Shown here in pieces: positions 12,277-23,820 of a stretch of 51,638 bases of DNA (positions within the stretch are counted from its first letter, which is position 1; each line of letters begins with the position of its first letter). The position numbers and the translations under genes are program-made. This DNA comes from Phoronis australis (lineage: Eukaryota; Animalia; Phoronida). The DNA lies in assembly GCA_002633005.1 (NCBI GenBank), contig NMRA01000699.1, forward strand, positions 37,649 through 89,286, read 5' to 3'. The notes under the pieces are model-generated. The model searched no databases and had not been told where the DNA came from. It worked only from the letters and a program-made list of their open reading frames with translations.

Positions 12277-13559
12277 TTAAAACTGTAAGACAGGATCGTT
12301 GGACAATTTGCCACCCCTAAAGTGACATCTGTTGCTGGATACTGGGTTCACGAAAAACGTGGAATTCAGGTGAAAATAAAAAATGACTTAAAGAAATGCG
12401 CCTTACTTAATGACACTAATCTAAACATGAATAAAACGACATTTGAATCAAAACCAAGCACTTAATCGGTGATACAGTGTTCCAAACAGGTATCGGTATT
12501 GAAGGTAATTTACGCCTACGTGGTTGCCACTAGTTTGCGATTTCTTTAACGATATACTCTCTACCAGAAAATTATATTGTATCAATCAACTCAACTGAAA
12601 TAGAAACGTCTTGTGAAAAAGGCTGGAGTTGATTAGTGCTGGGCCAGCTGAGATATACGGGGTCAAAATGCGGGGAAATTGCAATGGTTTGTAAACCTCT
12701 GACAATAAGCCTGAAATTTTGAACCTAGCGACAAAGTTAATGAGATTTATTTAAAAATTACAGACAAATAATTATCTTGTGCACCGCTACTTTCCATTAT
12801 GCATTACAAATAAGCCATTTTCGTTGCGTCTAGTGCATGGTTTACTCCCAAAATAGAGAGTCCCTGATTTTTCCTCCTGAAACAAAGTAAAAATTAATAA
12901 GATTTGACTTTACCGTTTTGTTTACCATCCCAAAGATACATAAAATCAGGAAGAGATAACCAGGAAGGGACAACTGTTTTAGCGCATTTTAACGGATATT
13001 CAGAAGTGATTTCAAAAGTAAATGTTAAAGTCGTCTGGAATCCAAGCATTGTGTTCCAAAGCTTAACTCTTTAGCTATAAAATGACACCACTTTGGTCCC
13101 CAAAGACTGCATATTAATGGCACTAGGATGCTTTGAACATGACTTGTTTTACCCTTAAAAAGATGCCTCTTCCCAGGCATGTACTCGGGCATGATCCTCT
13201 TTTTTGAACCAACAAATGTCACTTACATATGCAAATGAGGCTCGCATCTCCTACGTCATATGACGTCATACGACGCGAACACTCCGGTGCCTATAGCGAA
13301 TGACTTGAAACGCAGTTCTACCTGATTGGGCAGATCTAAGAAAATTAAGAACTCACACAAGTCAATGTTCAAAGAACATTGAATGGTTTCACATGAAAAT
13401 ACATTTAATTGTATTTGGATACGCTTGCATATGTGTAAGCGTGGACTTTGTCATTTTGCTTAAATCCAGATTTAGAAGCAAGTTAGTCAAGAAATAAGCT
13501 GCTCCCGCCACGGGTGGCAGGTGTCGTGGCGTCCGAGTCGCAGGGAAGTCCGATCCATG

Positions 13560-13666
13560 CATGCGCAATTCGATGAACTAATGCTAGTCGCTGGTCAGCT
13601 CCGCTATGATTCATGCGCAATTCGAAGAACTAATGCTAGTCGCTGGTCAGCTCCGCTATGATTCAT
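13560..13666. repeat. 52-bp tandem duplication
   Basis: CATGCGCAATTCGA(T/A)GAACTAATGCTAGTCGCTGGTCAGCTCCGCTATGATT at 13560 and 13612, one mismatch. Confidence 0.9.
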
Positions 13667-13689
13667 TTGAGACGTGCGACTTAGCTCGA

Positions 13690-14160
13690 ACCTATACCGG
13701 TGTTCTGGCTCCAAGGTCGTTCTGTTTGACCCAGTTTCGGGAAAAGTTTGTTTTAATACGGTCATTTCCTGAAGATTTTTTTGAAAGATATGATCTCGAA
13801 ATCCTTGGCCTATAGAGCTGTTGAAACACAGACACTGGTCCAGCTTCTTCCGCCGGGCGGCTGGGGAAAATGCTATGGAACGCGTGTCCCAAAAATGCAC
13901 ATACTTCAGCTCCTGCAGTTCAAGTTCTTTTCCCGTCAATCACTGTGCGCGGATTCTACGCGGGCAGCCAACACCTTATTTTTAACGTAGGTGCGCCACT
14001 GAGTCACGACGTGTCCAGCCTTTGCAGTATGCACGGGAATGTCAAGCAAACGATTCGGTTTGGAAGAACCTAAATTCATTGCACAATACTACTGGGAACT
14101 ACACTAAGCATCAAGGAAATGCAAAGACAATCTTTCCAAATTTACGACCAATGACTTGAA
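13690..14160 (-). pseudogene. Possible hAT transposase C-terminal remnant; part is homologous to 50048-50175
   Basis: Frameshifted pieces VSTA / KIFRK / RIKTNFSRNWVKQNDL resemble the hAT dimerisation motif. 14025-14155 clearly aligns with 50048-50175. Confidence 0.35.
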
Positions 14161-14459
14161 TTTCTTTTTCGATCCGATCTAGGGTTTGTAAATTTTTGAA
14201 TTTCTTTAGTCTAGTTTTTTTTTAAATTCAATACATTCATGAATATCACTGTTATCGTTTAGAATCCTTCTTTGCGATATGGTGGTCTGATGATGGTTCG
14301 AATTTTTGCAAGTCCGTCCTTCAGCCTTCAACTAAGTTCAGTGACGCATCGGCATTTCTTACAAGACAGCTCCTGTGCTGTGCACGAATGTTTTGTGTTT
14401 TTGATGAATTTGAAATCTCAACTTCCCCTCGTGTAGTTGGCAGTGTAATGTCGGAGGTG

Positions 14460-14530
14460 TATAGAGGGCCCAGCACTGAAAAAAGTGGGGGCTAAAGCCC
14501 CCTCAGCTCCCCTGCAGTGCACCGCCTATG
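14460..14530. mobile_element. ~70-bp mini-MITE
   Basis: ...CAGCACTGAAAAAAGTGGGGGCTAAAGCCCCC...GTGCACCGCCTATG; same family as 25400-25544. Confidence 0.65.
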
Positions 14531-14558
14531 GACCACTGAAAACCTTGAACTGAATAAA

Positions 14559-15142
14559 AGGAGAATGCCACCCGATTTAATTAGTCTTTTTTGCCTTATT
14601 AATTGGTCTATATCCACATCGCCTCGCACACGGTCGACCTTAACTTGCCAAGAGGTGTCTCGTTAACCTGTGAGGATGGTGACAAACGATGCTAGCGACG
14701 TCAGTGGTTCATCTGAACTAAATGAGAGTGAATGCCGCTATGTTGCGGTGCATCGTTCCCGCTTGTGGGAGCTATGCAGTTGCGAGGAAACCGGGAATAT
14801 CGTTTTTTCGACTTCCTCGAGAGTCCGAAATGTTTAGGAAGTGGATCGCAGTAGTGAAGAATGAAAAGTACGCTGTAAATAGCAAGTATGAGGCCGTGGA
14901 ACATCTCCTTGTCTGTAGCCTGCAGTGGTCGACAGCCGCGTGAGTGCCTGACGAATCCCAGCTTGCCAAATAACTGTCCCCACGTTCCGTTGTCTGAGCT
15001 TGTTCACGGCGCCTCTTTAGTATTTCTTCATCACTGTATTCCTGTTCGAACTGATAGCCTGTGAAACCTAACGATCCACCTGCGAAGTCTTCGTCGGGAC
15101 TGATGAGCTCTCGTCTAAGTCGCGGGGGATTGCGAGTTGCCA
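14559..15142 (+). mobile_element. Non-autonomous Kolobok-like element, copy 3 (runs into gap)
   Basis: Starts AGGAGAATGCCACCCG after TAAA. Plus strand has THAP start MLRCIVPACGSYAVARKPGISFFRLPRESEMFRKWIAVV. Minus strand has GFTGYQFEQEYSDEEILKRRREQ. Confidence 0.8.
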
Positions 15143-18100
15143 NNNNNNNNNNNNNNNNNNNNNNNNNNNNNNNNNNNNNNNNNNNNNNNNNNNNNNNNNN
15201 NNNNNNNNNNNNNNNNNNNNNNNNNNNNNNNNNNNNNNNNNNNNNNNNNNNNNNNNNNNNNNNNNNNNNNNNNNNNNNNNNNNNNNNNNNNNNNNNNNNN
15301 NNNNNNNNNNNNNNNNNNNNNNNNNNNNNNNNNNNNNNNNNNNNNNNNNNNNNNNNNNNNNNNNNNNNNNNNNNNNNNNNNNNNNNNNNNNNNNNNNNNN
15401 NNNNNNNNNNNNNNNNNNNNNNNNNNNNNNNNNNNNNNNNNNNNNNNNNNNNNNNNNNNNNNNNNNNNNNNNNNNNNNNNNNNNNNNNNNNNNNNNNNNN
15501 NNNNNNNNNNNNNNNNNNNNNNNNNNNNNNNNNNNNNNNNNNNNNNNNNNNNNNNNNNNNNNNNNNNNNNNNNNNNNNNNNNNNNNNNNNNNNNNNNNNN
15601 NNNNNNNNNNNNNNNNNNNNNNNNNNNNNNNNNNNNNNNNNNNNNNNNNNNNNNNNNNNNNNNNNNNNNNNNNNNNNNNNNNNNNNNNNNNNNNNNNNNN
15701 NNNNNNNNNNNNNNNNNNNNNNNNNNNNNNNNNNNNNNNNNNNNNNNNNNNNNNNNNNNNNNNNNNNNNNNNNNNNNNNNNNNNNNNNNNNNNNNNNNNN
15801 NNNNNNNNNNNNNNNNNNNNNNNNNNNNNNNNNNNNNNNNNNNNNNNNNNNNNNNNNNNNNNNNNNNNNNNNNNNNNNNNNNNNNNNNNNNNNNNNNNNN
15901 NNNNNNNNNNNNNNNNNNNNNNNNNNNNNNNNNNNNNNNNNNNNNNNNNNNNNNNNNNNNNNNNNNNNNNNNNNNNNNNNNNNNNNNNNNNNNNNNNNNN
16001 NNNNNNNNNNNNNNNNGGCATAACATTTCTGTAGCAGATAAAAGGTTGATTGGCGCAGGAAAAGGCCGAGGTCTTCAATGCTCAGAAAGATTTCGGCAGG
16101 CAAGAGACTTGCCAAGAAAATGACACAGTTGAGTCCGGGCATTCTAAAGGAAAGAACTGCAGCTAATTCCAGTTACTCGGTGCAACTTCTCTCACCCGAC
16201 GGCGTTGTTTCACAATACCGCAACCTCAAACAACGTCAAAGAAACGAAACGCGGAGGGTGAGATATTTCAGAGTATAAATATTTATTCTTGGATACAGGT
16301 GTCCAACTCAAAATGAATAACCCACGGTCATTCTTTATGCCGATAGCAATGTTTTCGCCAAAGAACAGGAATCGTAGACATCCCGCGTGCTCCGTCTATG
16401 GTTCTGACACTTCTAACTTTCAACACGATAGGTAGCCGCAGATAGTTGGATGTTGACCTCATTCTAATCTTCCCTGCAATCCACAGTCTGGGGACGAAAA
16501 CAATTCAAATCCGCTCCTCGAAATAGGGCTTGCTTAGCTGGAATTCAAAACTGCGGTCATGAGAGTGTTTTCACCTCCTGATTGCGAAGCGATCGAGTTA
16601 GCTGTGGTATCTTCATCAGCGCATGCTCTCAGCGGGAGGTCACCGCTTTATGCACTCAAGCGGTCGACAATAACTAAACTGACGAGTCTCAGAACTCCCA
16701 CATGCAAATTTGATATGCAACTGAGGTAGTACTTGACTACTGCGCCATCTATACATCGACGGAAAAGCTTAAATACCCGTGACTGCGTGTGGGAAATTGC
16801 GATTGCGTGCGCTGAAGTCGATATTTTCAAAGTACAATTACACCACTGTTTAAGGTTGAAAAGTGAGTTTTTTTGATATCCTTCTATAGAAAAAGCTTTA
16901 ATCTCTGTGATAAAATCATCTGTTTCCTTTTAAACGAAACTTAAGTCCTGAAATTAGGCCGGGTAAAGAGGCCAAAAACGGCGGTTTAGCTGATAAAATG
17001 CATAGTGTGGTTCAAATCCGTGACATTGGGTTTATCACCCCTTTGGGCATTTTTGCTGCTGGGAACCGTACTTCACTCTTAAATACTATTGTAACCTTAA
17101 GACTATGTATTGTTTTGATCCAAGGCTTAAGTTACCGTTACTTAATAGTTTTATTCGGTTACGTTGATCCAACCAAAAAACTTTACTTGGAAGTAAGTAG
17201 ACAGGAGGAACTGAAATATTACCATAGACTATTATTCATTTGCAATGATGGTTTGTAGAGGATGAATACCTCTTGCTTTTGATTTTCAAATGATATTGTG
17301 AATGTAGGTCACGTTTTGTAAAAAGTTCAATGGAAGCATACAACTCAGGAATCCTGTATAAGCCTGCAAGCTAATCCAGATACATCTATTATTAAATACG
17401 TGTACTTTGCCCTTAAAAGAAAAGAACAACTCTTACGTGTGTTGGCTGCGTGGTAAAGATGCCTGATTAATTTTTGTTTATTGCACTTTGGGCCAACGGC
17501 TTTTAATACAAAACAATTTGTGATATGATATATTTTTGTAAACCTTCACTGGTTGTTCTTCTTTCAAAAATATAGAGCTTTATTACATGTAGTTGAAAAA
17601 GCCCATTTTTTCATATACGAGTTAGACTGAAGATCAGTAAATATGGTTTCAGTTACCCCAAGTATGTGAGTAGCGACATCAGTGCTACCATGCATAGTTT
17701 AACGAACAAATGAACTTTGTGATGATTACGAAAAAAATTGACCTTAGCGATGATAAATTAAATCGGTATCAAACTGCAGCGACCATAACAGTAGAAGTGC
17801 TCCGATGATCCCAACTTTCAGAAAAGCTGAGATACGTTTAAGTCGCCTGACAGTAGGTTGTGAAAAAATTGTTGAGATTGAACTGGTGTCGTTGTAGGGA
17901 TATGGGACTACCAAATCAGACTTTTTGACAACTCTGGGGTGTTATTACATGCAGTCAGAGGAAGTCAGACTTTGCGTCTCCAATACACTTTGCCTTATTC
18001 ATTAGGGTCTGCATAAGGGCTGCTTTGGGGAAACTGTTTATAATGGATGGTAAAATGGGAAGCTCTATTAGGCACGCTGTTGCTAAAAATGACTCTTCAT

Positions 18101-18515
18101 GGTTCGCTGAGTGTGAGTTAGTGGCATGGGTCAACGACTGTGTAGGTGCAATGGAATGCAGTCACGCTGCTGTAAATATCCATTTTTAGATCAAATTGTA
18201 AGTGAATTGCAGAACGGTACACTGCATGTGAGTACACGTAGAATATCATTTCTAGTATATATCTTCAATGATGACTTTTTTCGCTTTAGATTCATAGAGG
18301 GCGTCCAACTGAAATAAGCAAGAAAGAATGATCAGAGCAGTTTTACAGTGACAATGGAAATTTCGTTTTTAGAAATACAAAAATGCTACATCAGATAAGA
18401 CTTTGAAATTAAGATAAACCTGGAAGTTGTATTCACAAAACGAAATGTTTGACGCTTTTCTCTAGCATTGGTTTCTAAGCAGATTTTCTAAGCTTCCAAG
18501 TCAACGTACTCCATC

Positions 18516-18670
18516 TTAAACGTATCCGTTTGCTTTACAAGAAAAACAGCACACATTGCGGATTGTTGAGTAGACGCAGACCGTTGGGTTGTCCTCTATC
18601 AAGAAGTCTGCGCAGTTTAGGTTGATTCCGGAACGAGTAACAATTCGTGCTCTTGGATTGTCCAGGCAAT
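18516..18670 (-). CDS. Secreted two-domain Cys-rich peptide, exon 3 (domain 2, stop)
   Basis: Acceptor cttcatctttcag, phase 1. Encodes DCLDNPRARIVTRSGINLNCADFLIEDNPTVCVYSTIRNVCCFSCKANGYV*. Confidence 0.8.
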
Positions 18671-19301
18671 CTGAAAGATGAAGTTTAAGAAAATGACGTA
18701 TTGTCATGAATGTATCTTTCTTTTTTGCTAAAATGTTAGTAAACATGGTCACGTGACCCACACAACAGAGCACAAGGAGACACTTATATGTCATAAAATG
18801 TAACAATTTTGGAAAATGTCATTTTTCATGAGTTCGCAGGGTATTTCTCACACGGAGGAAAACGGTTCACGCACTAAAAGCCTTCGTTCTATGATTGATT
18901 GAATGGAAATCTGTCAAATGTGCCAGTTGGGATTGCTAGATGCGTGCCAATGTGCTATCCATTTTCTTAACATGTTGTGTATCCTGCATTACAGTAAAGA
19001 CAATGACATCGAATTTGGCTAATAGTTATGTTATTTCTTCGGGAATATAAAAAACAATAACAAAAATTTTCACGCAAAATGGAATTTCGGAAGCCAATTT
19101 TCTAGAAAATAACTTGTTTTAGTCCACGATAATTTGATTCATTTCAGCCAGAGTTTTATTGCCTTGGAATCATCCCTGAGCAGTATTTGCCCTGATCCAA
19201 ACAAAAGGAGCACGACCCAAGTTTCTGATACTGACGGGTTCTATCTACCGCCATAGTTACGAGTGACAATTTCTTTAACACACTTTGGTGGGAGGATTTA
19301 A

Positions 19302-19480
19302 AAGAGAATATCACTCGATTTAATTAGTCTTTTTACCGTCTTAATCGGTCTATACCCACATCGCCTCGTAAACGGTCGACCACATCTTGCCGAGAGGTGT
19401 CGCGTTAACCTGTGAGGAAGGTGAGAAACGACGCAACGACGTCAGCTAGCGGTTCGTCTACAGAGTGTATGCCGCTATAT
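19302..19480 (+). mobile_element. Kolobok-like element, copy 4 (one terminus only) in intron 2 of the peptide gene
   Basis: TTAA|AAGAGAATATCACTCGATTTAATTAGTC... matches the start of copy 3. Confidence 0.75.
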
Positions 19481-19546
19481 TAGATTATTGCTGTCGTCTG
19501 TTTAAAGACAAAGGGGATAGGTAGGCTTCCTCCGGGTTCTACTCAC

Positions 19547-19699
19547 CTGGGGATGGCTTAGGTGGCTCAGGGTTGCTGCACGAATAACAACAGTCTGATA
19601 AGACATAATCTTTTGTGCACATCTTTTTCGCGGCCATTTGTGCACAGGTGACTTTCGTTCCGTCAGCCTCCACAAATACTTGCTTATTCACGCACTGGC
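19547..19699 (-). CDS. Secreted two-domain Cys-rich peptide, exon 2 (domain 1 plus Pro linker)
   Basis: 153-nt phase 1-1 exon, acceptor ...ccataaaaag (weak), donor CAG|gtgagt. Encodes GQCVNKQVFVEADGTKVTCAQMAAKKMCTKDYVLSDCCYSCSNPEPPKPSP. Confidence 0.8.
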
Positions 19700-20169
19700 C
19701 TTTTTATGGATAAACGAATAATATTAATATGACATGACACTCACCACGATGATCATGCACGTTATAGATCACATTTGTCTCCTGCAGTCAAACTAACGTG
19801 TCCAGTACTGTACTTCACTAAACTTTTAGTAAAAGTATGAAAACCGTTAATTCTGCCAAACGACAATTAAGTGTCCATGTCGATCACTCACGGTTGTAAA
19901 ATTGGTCTCACATTAACCAGTAACGACATTATAATGCGTTGGTGCGCTTGCAAACAACCAGAAATTCCATGAACTGACAATGCTGGATTTTCTGACCAAT
20001 ATCTTAATTTCGAGTCGCGGTTTGAGCTAACAATTCATGAACTGAGGAAATAACAAAACGTCTTGGCACGAACGCTTTATATCGAACAGTTTGCCGTGTG
20101 GTTATACGAAGTAGCATCCAATATACGAATATGCCATTCTCTCACATGGAAGTGTTGATCCGTACTTAC

Positions 20170-20251
20170 CTCTTTTCACCACATTGATAACGCGTCCCCA
20201 AACCGCTAAGGGTGCCGCACCGACTAAAATGCACAGCAATAATATCTTCAT
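20170..20251 (-). CDS. Secreted two-domain Cys-rich peptide, exon 1 (signal peptide and propeptide)
   Basis: ATG at 20251; MKILLLCILVGAAPLAVWGRVINVVKR, then a strong donor GAG|gtaagt in phase 1. Confidence 0.8.
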
Positions 20252-20316
20252 CGCTTGCGGTTACATTAATCGCGAGCAGACTCACTAGCTCTCAAAGTAT
20301 AGTTGGTGAGAAACTG

Positions 20317-20324
20317 TTTATATA
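20317..20324 (-). promoter_or_regulatory. TATA box of the peptide gene
   Basis: TATATAAA on the minus strand ~65 bp upstream of the ATG. Confidence 0.6.
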
Positions 20325-21045
20325 CTGTTTGAAGGTGGTTTCGACGCGCAAGACGCCGTGAAAGGGCAGCTCTGACATGTCAATCGAGCTGACAAGTCAA
20401 GCCAATCACTGTTCAGGAACTAATAAGAGAAACGACAGTCCGCCTTCTTTGTTCCACACAAACTGTTTTGGGTACAGAAAAAATAAAAGCCGTAAACATT
20501 AATTAAACATCATGTTGACGTGTTTCGTACTCGTTTTATTTGCTAAGTGCAGGCAACAATGTTTAAAGGTACCTGTTAAAACAACCTAGGTATTGTTTGA
20601 GGAAAAGTCTTTCATACATGTAGTTCGTGGCAATGGTGATCAAGTAAAATTTTCACTCACTACAAACTGTTTGTAGTAAATGAAATTTTTATCTGATAAC
20701 CCAGAGATTATTTTTGTAAACAACGAGTAGGCATTGTTGTTGAAATTTTATGTCATTGTTTTTTCAAATAAATCTGCAAATTAGTCAAAAATGCACAACT
20801 ATTGACGTTTAGAAAGTATAATTATGGAACGCTAGAGGGAAATTGCCAAGTTAACTTATTCAGAAAATCATTTCTTCAACCTCCTGCACACCAGGTCCTA
20901 CTGACTACTAAAACTAGAATATGTTTATCAGATTGAGACCAACGTGAGGTCCTCTTCTCACCCCATCTCTCCCTTTCCAAGTGGAATTGTAACGTTTTCT
21001 CTCAGTTTTCACACAGAGATTCTTCGTCAAGTTTTCTCCCACACC

Positions 21046-21310
21046 CATGCGCGCACCCAGCCTTACGTATAGAGGGGCTAGGATTTTTCGGTGTGCGGAC
21101 CTTTTAGTGAAAGAAATCAACGAGGACTAAAAAACGAGGCCACTAGGTTCAGGCTCACGTATTGTGCATCCGCGCAGACTTCCCGTGGGATTTTCTGGAT
21201 CCTTTTCTCGTTTACGCAGACTATTTGTTTCACTGACGCAGACTTTTTTGCCCAATTCGCCAAACTGGGGGCTCGTTCAAGCTACCTGAACTTCCTTGGG
21301 TGCGCCCATG
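21046..21310. mobile_element. ~260-bp MITE with CATGCGCGCACCCAG TIRs, copy 1
   Basis: CATGCGCGCACCCAG...TTGGGTGCGCCCATG; flanks ACACC and ACACT. Confidence 0.75.
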
Positions 21311-21960
21311 ACACTTTATTTTATTAACATTACAAGCAACTCTGAGTTCCCCGAAGACAACGAAATTAAACTTGATAACTAACAACGTAGAGTAGGCAAT
21401 AATTGCCAGTTGCGTTGCGACTATCTATGTCGCAGAACCCTGATCCCCGCTAGGGAGGGTAATCCTGCTGACCAATTTGTTTACGAGACGTAGGTGCATC
21501 TGAACTATGTGTCATTCCATTCAATTCTGGAAATAAGGGGCAACAGATGTGAATCGGTTTCGCAAAATTACGCTAGGTTGGTAGCCGCCTACGGACAAGG
21601 AAAAAACAAAAATATCTTGTGGCATATTTTTGTATCATGTGTTATTGCGTAAAAAGAATCAACATTAGTAGCTGTACATATGGAATCGTCACCCACATGA
21701 TCGTAGATCTTATCAACAGCACTGTGCTTGTAACGCGTTTAAAAACGCATCCGTGATACATTGACACGTTATACTTATGCAAGTCATGCGCCAGAAAAAC
21801 ATTTCTTGTCACGTGAATCGTGCACTGGCATGATTGCGATGAATTCTGGTTCTCGTGACAACGATTAATAATCAAACAGTGACAATTAAAAATAGGCATA
21901 AACGTACTGCATCATACGACAACGAGCGGAGACTGCGCTACAACAAAGTACGGCCATGTC

Positions 21961-22216
21961 CATGCACGCACCCAGGGGGTGGGGCTCGGGGGGCTCGAAG
22001 AAGCCCCCCCCCATTTGGCGAAGTGGGCAAAAGGGCCGCCTCTGAGAAACAAAACGTCCAAGAAAATGAGACAAAAGTCCACTAAACAAGCACAAACGCG
22101 CAATTCACAGCGGTGCCCCCCTTTTTTCTTTTTTAGTCCGCCCGCTTTTTTGTTACCAAAAGGTCCACTAGGTCAGGAAGTCGAGCCCTCCTTATTGAAG
22201 ACTGGGTGCGCGCATT
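21961..22216. mobile_element. ~260-bp MITE, copy 2 (opposite orientation)
   Basis: CATGCACGCACCCAG...CTGGGTGCGCGCATT; flanks ATGTC and ATTTC. Confidence 0.75.
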
Positions 22217-22608
22217 ATTTCGCCATAAGGCAATGAAACATAGTCTTTTTTCTGTGAATACATTTATTTTGCCAGAAATCCAAATATTCATGAATATGGC
22301 TGGGGTTGAGTGATCCCAACTACGTATATCCTTACAATATAGAATGCATAATACAGACCTGGGTAATTTGGAAAAGGAATCATAGTGGTTGGGCGTACAA
22401 CTGACATGGGAATGTTATAGAAGAGGGTTAGAGGGAGGACAAAAGGAAGGACTTTCGTACACACACGCATTCATTCACGCGATTAAAGTTAACTTTTATT
22501 TGCACTTACATGTACATCAAGTTATCTAAATAAAGACGGTTACTTAACAGAAATTACGTCGGACGTTTTGTTTGAGTAGGCTGGTGAAGGTACGGTGGGT
22601 ATCAATAA

Positions 22609-22686
22609 GGTTAGAAACTCGAACCAGTCTTCATTCTGTCGTGGCACCGAAATTTATCAGCGTCGGTCGGTAACCACTTGAGCCCC
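22609..22686 (-). mobile_element. tRNA-derived SINE-like head
   Basis: Minus strand has A-box-like GGGCTCAAGTGG and B-box-like GGTTCGAGTT; no complete cloverleaf. Confidence 0.45.
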
Positions 22687-23540
22687 AAACACGGGTAAAA
22701 ACATGACAACCACACACGACTTTCTTCAAAGTTACGTAGAAACCGAATAAAATGATATGAAAGAAGACTCTTTCATGGCATAATTGCCCTTGACATGTTT
22801 CCTTTTAAGAATTATTTCGTTACCTAAAATGATAGGACTGTATTGTACATGTCGTGGCGTCGTAAAATAATGATTTACCCTGGTTGAATTTAAAAAGTTA
22901 CAGAGCACCTTTTTAACTATGGGAACTGGACTAAATATTTTACAATTGAGAATGCCCAATCTTGCCCGAATATAAAGGTTCAATATTTTCCATTTTAGCG
23001 TCTTCAGATGAATATTGAATGAAAAAATGAGGTCACCGCTAACTAATCCTTATTAAACAAGTAATTTAATGTAGGTTTGCGTGTTTGGCTAAATGCTGAG
23101 AATTACACTGTAGGCAGCTTTTCTTGAACCGATGTCCAGTTGTCAACATGTTCGTCGTCTAACCGTGTTGAACTCTATAAAACTTGAAAGAATAGAGGTA
23201 TTGACTAGAAAGCACCAATTCCAAACCTTTTCAACACGATTTTTGTAGTGTGTCCAACTTGGCTTATTGGACGAACACGTGTTTGAGATTGGGTTCAGTG
23301 TCAGTTACACGTATTTTCAACTGTGTCCAAACATGCCATAAATAGTCACCAGCATCTGCCATGTAATCTTAGAAATTCAACTTTGTCACCATCTGGAGCC
23401 AAGCGATAATCCGCCATTGCAATGCACAGCACTAAACATAGAATACAGGTAATACAGAAATAGATTCATCAATAGACCAATTTTTATTTGGCTATGTATA
23501 CAGAAAACTAAATAACCATAGCATAAGGACATTTAAACAT

Positions 23541-23820
23541 TAGCTGACCAGCAGCTAGTAGAGTTTCTTAAATTCAGATTTCTACGCAATCAGTGGGCGT
23601 GAGATGTCAGCCCTGCACAGTTATATTTCACCGGATGCAAGCAGCGCACCATTGTTTGAGGCGAGCCCGTGCTTGAGGGTTGTGGTGGTCCAAAACGAGG
23701 GCCCCGCTTCGTTAGACAAGGAATACAGTGTAGCAACATGTGCTCAAACTGTACTGAGAAATCAAAGCAGGCCAGAAGCCTCAATTGAAGGTGACCTACA
23801 TGTACAGCGTATTCTAGACA
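23541..23820 (+). repeat. Dispersed ~300-bp repeat, copy B
   Basis: Homologous to 5814-6130 in the same orientation. Confidence 0.75.

Noticed and set aside
14772-16142. Long ORFs of 300-456 aa
   Set aside because: They read through the N gap; the same applies to ORFs at 47964-48716 and 49213-49939.
16078-16278. SPGILKERTAANSSYSVQLL resembling a Gypsy integrase C-terminal region
   Set aside because: Too short, adjacent to a gap, and without supporting motifs.
19745-19781. 37-nt candidate mini-exon (ctgcag...gtgagt) in intron 1 of the peptide gene
   Set aside because: Inclusion after phase-1 exon 1 creates a stop, the downstream intron would be only 45 nt, and I found no compensating exon.
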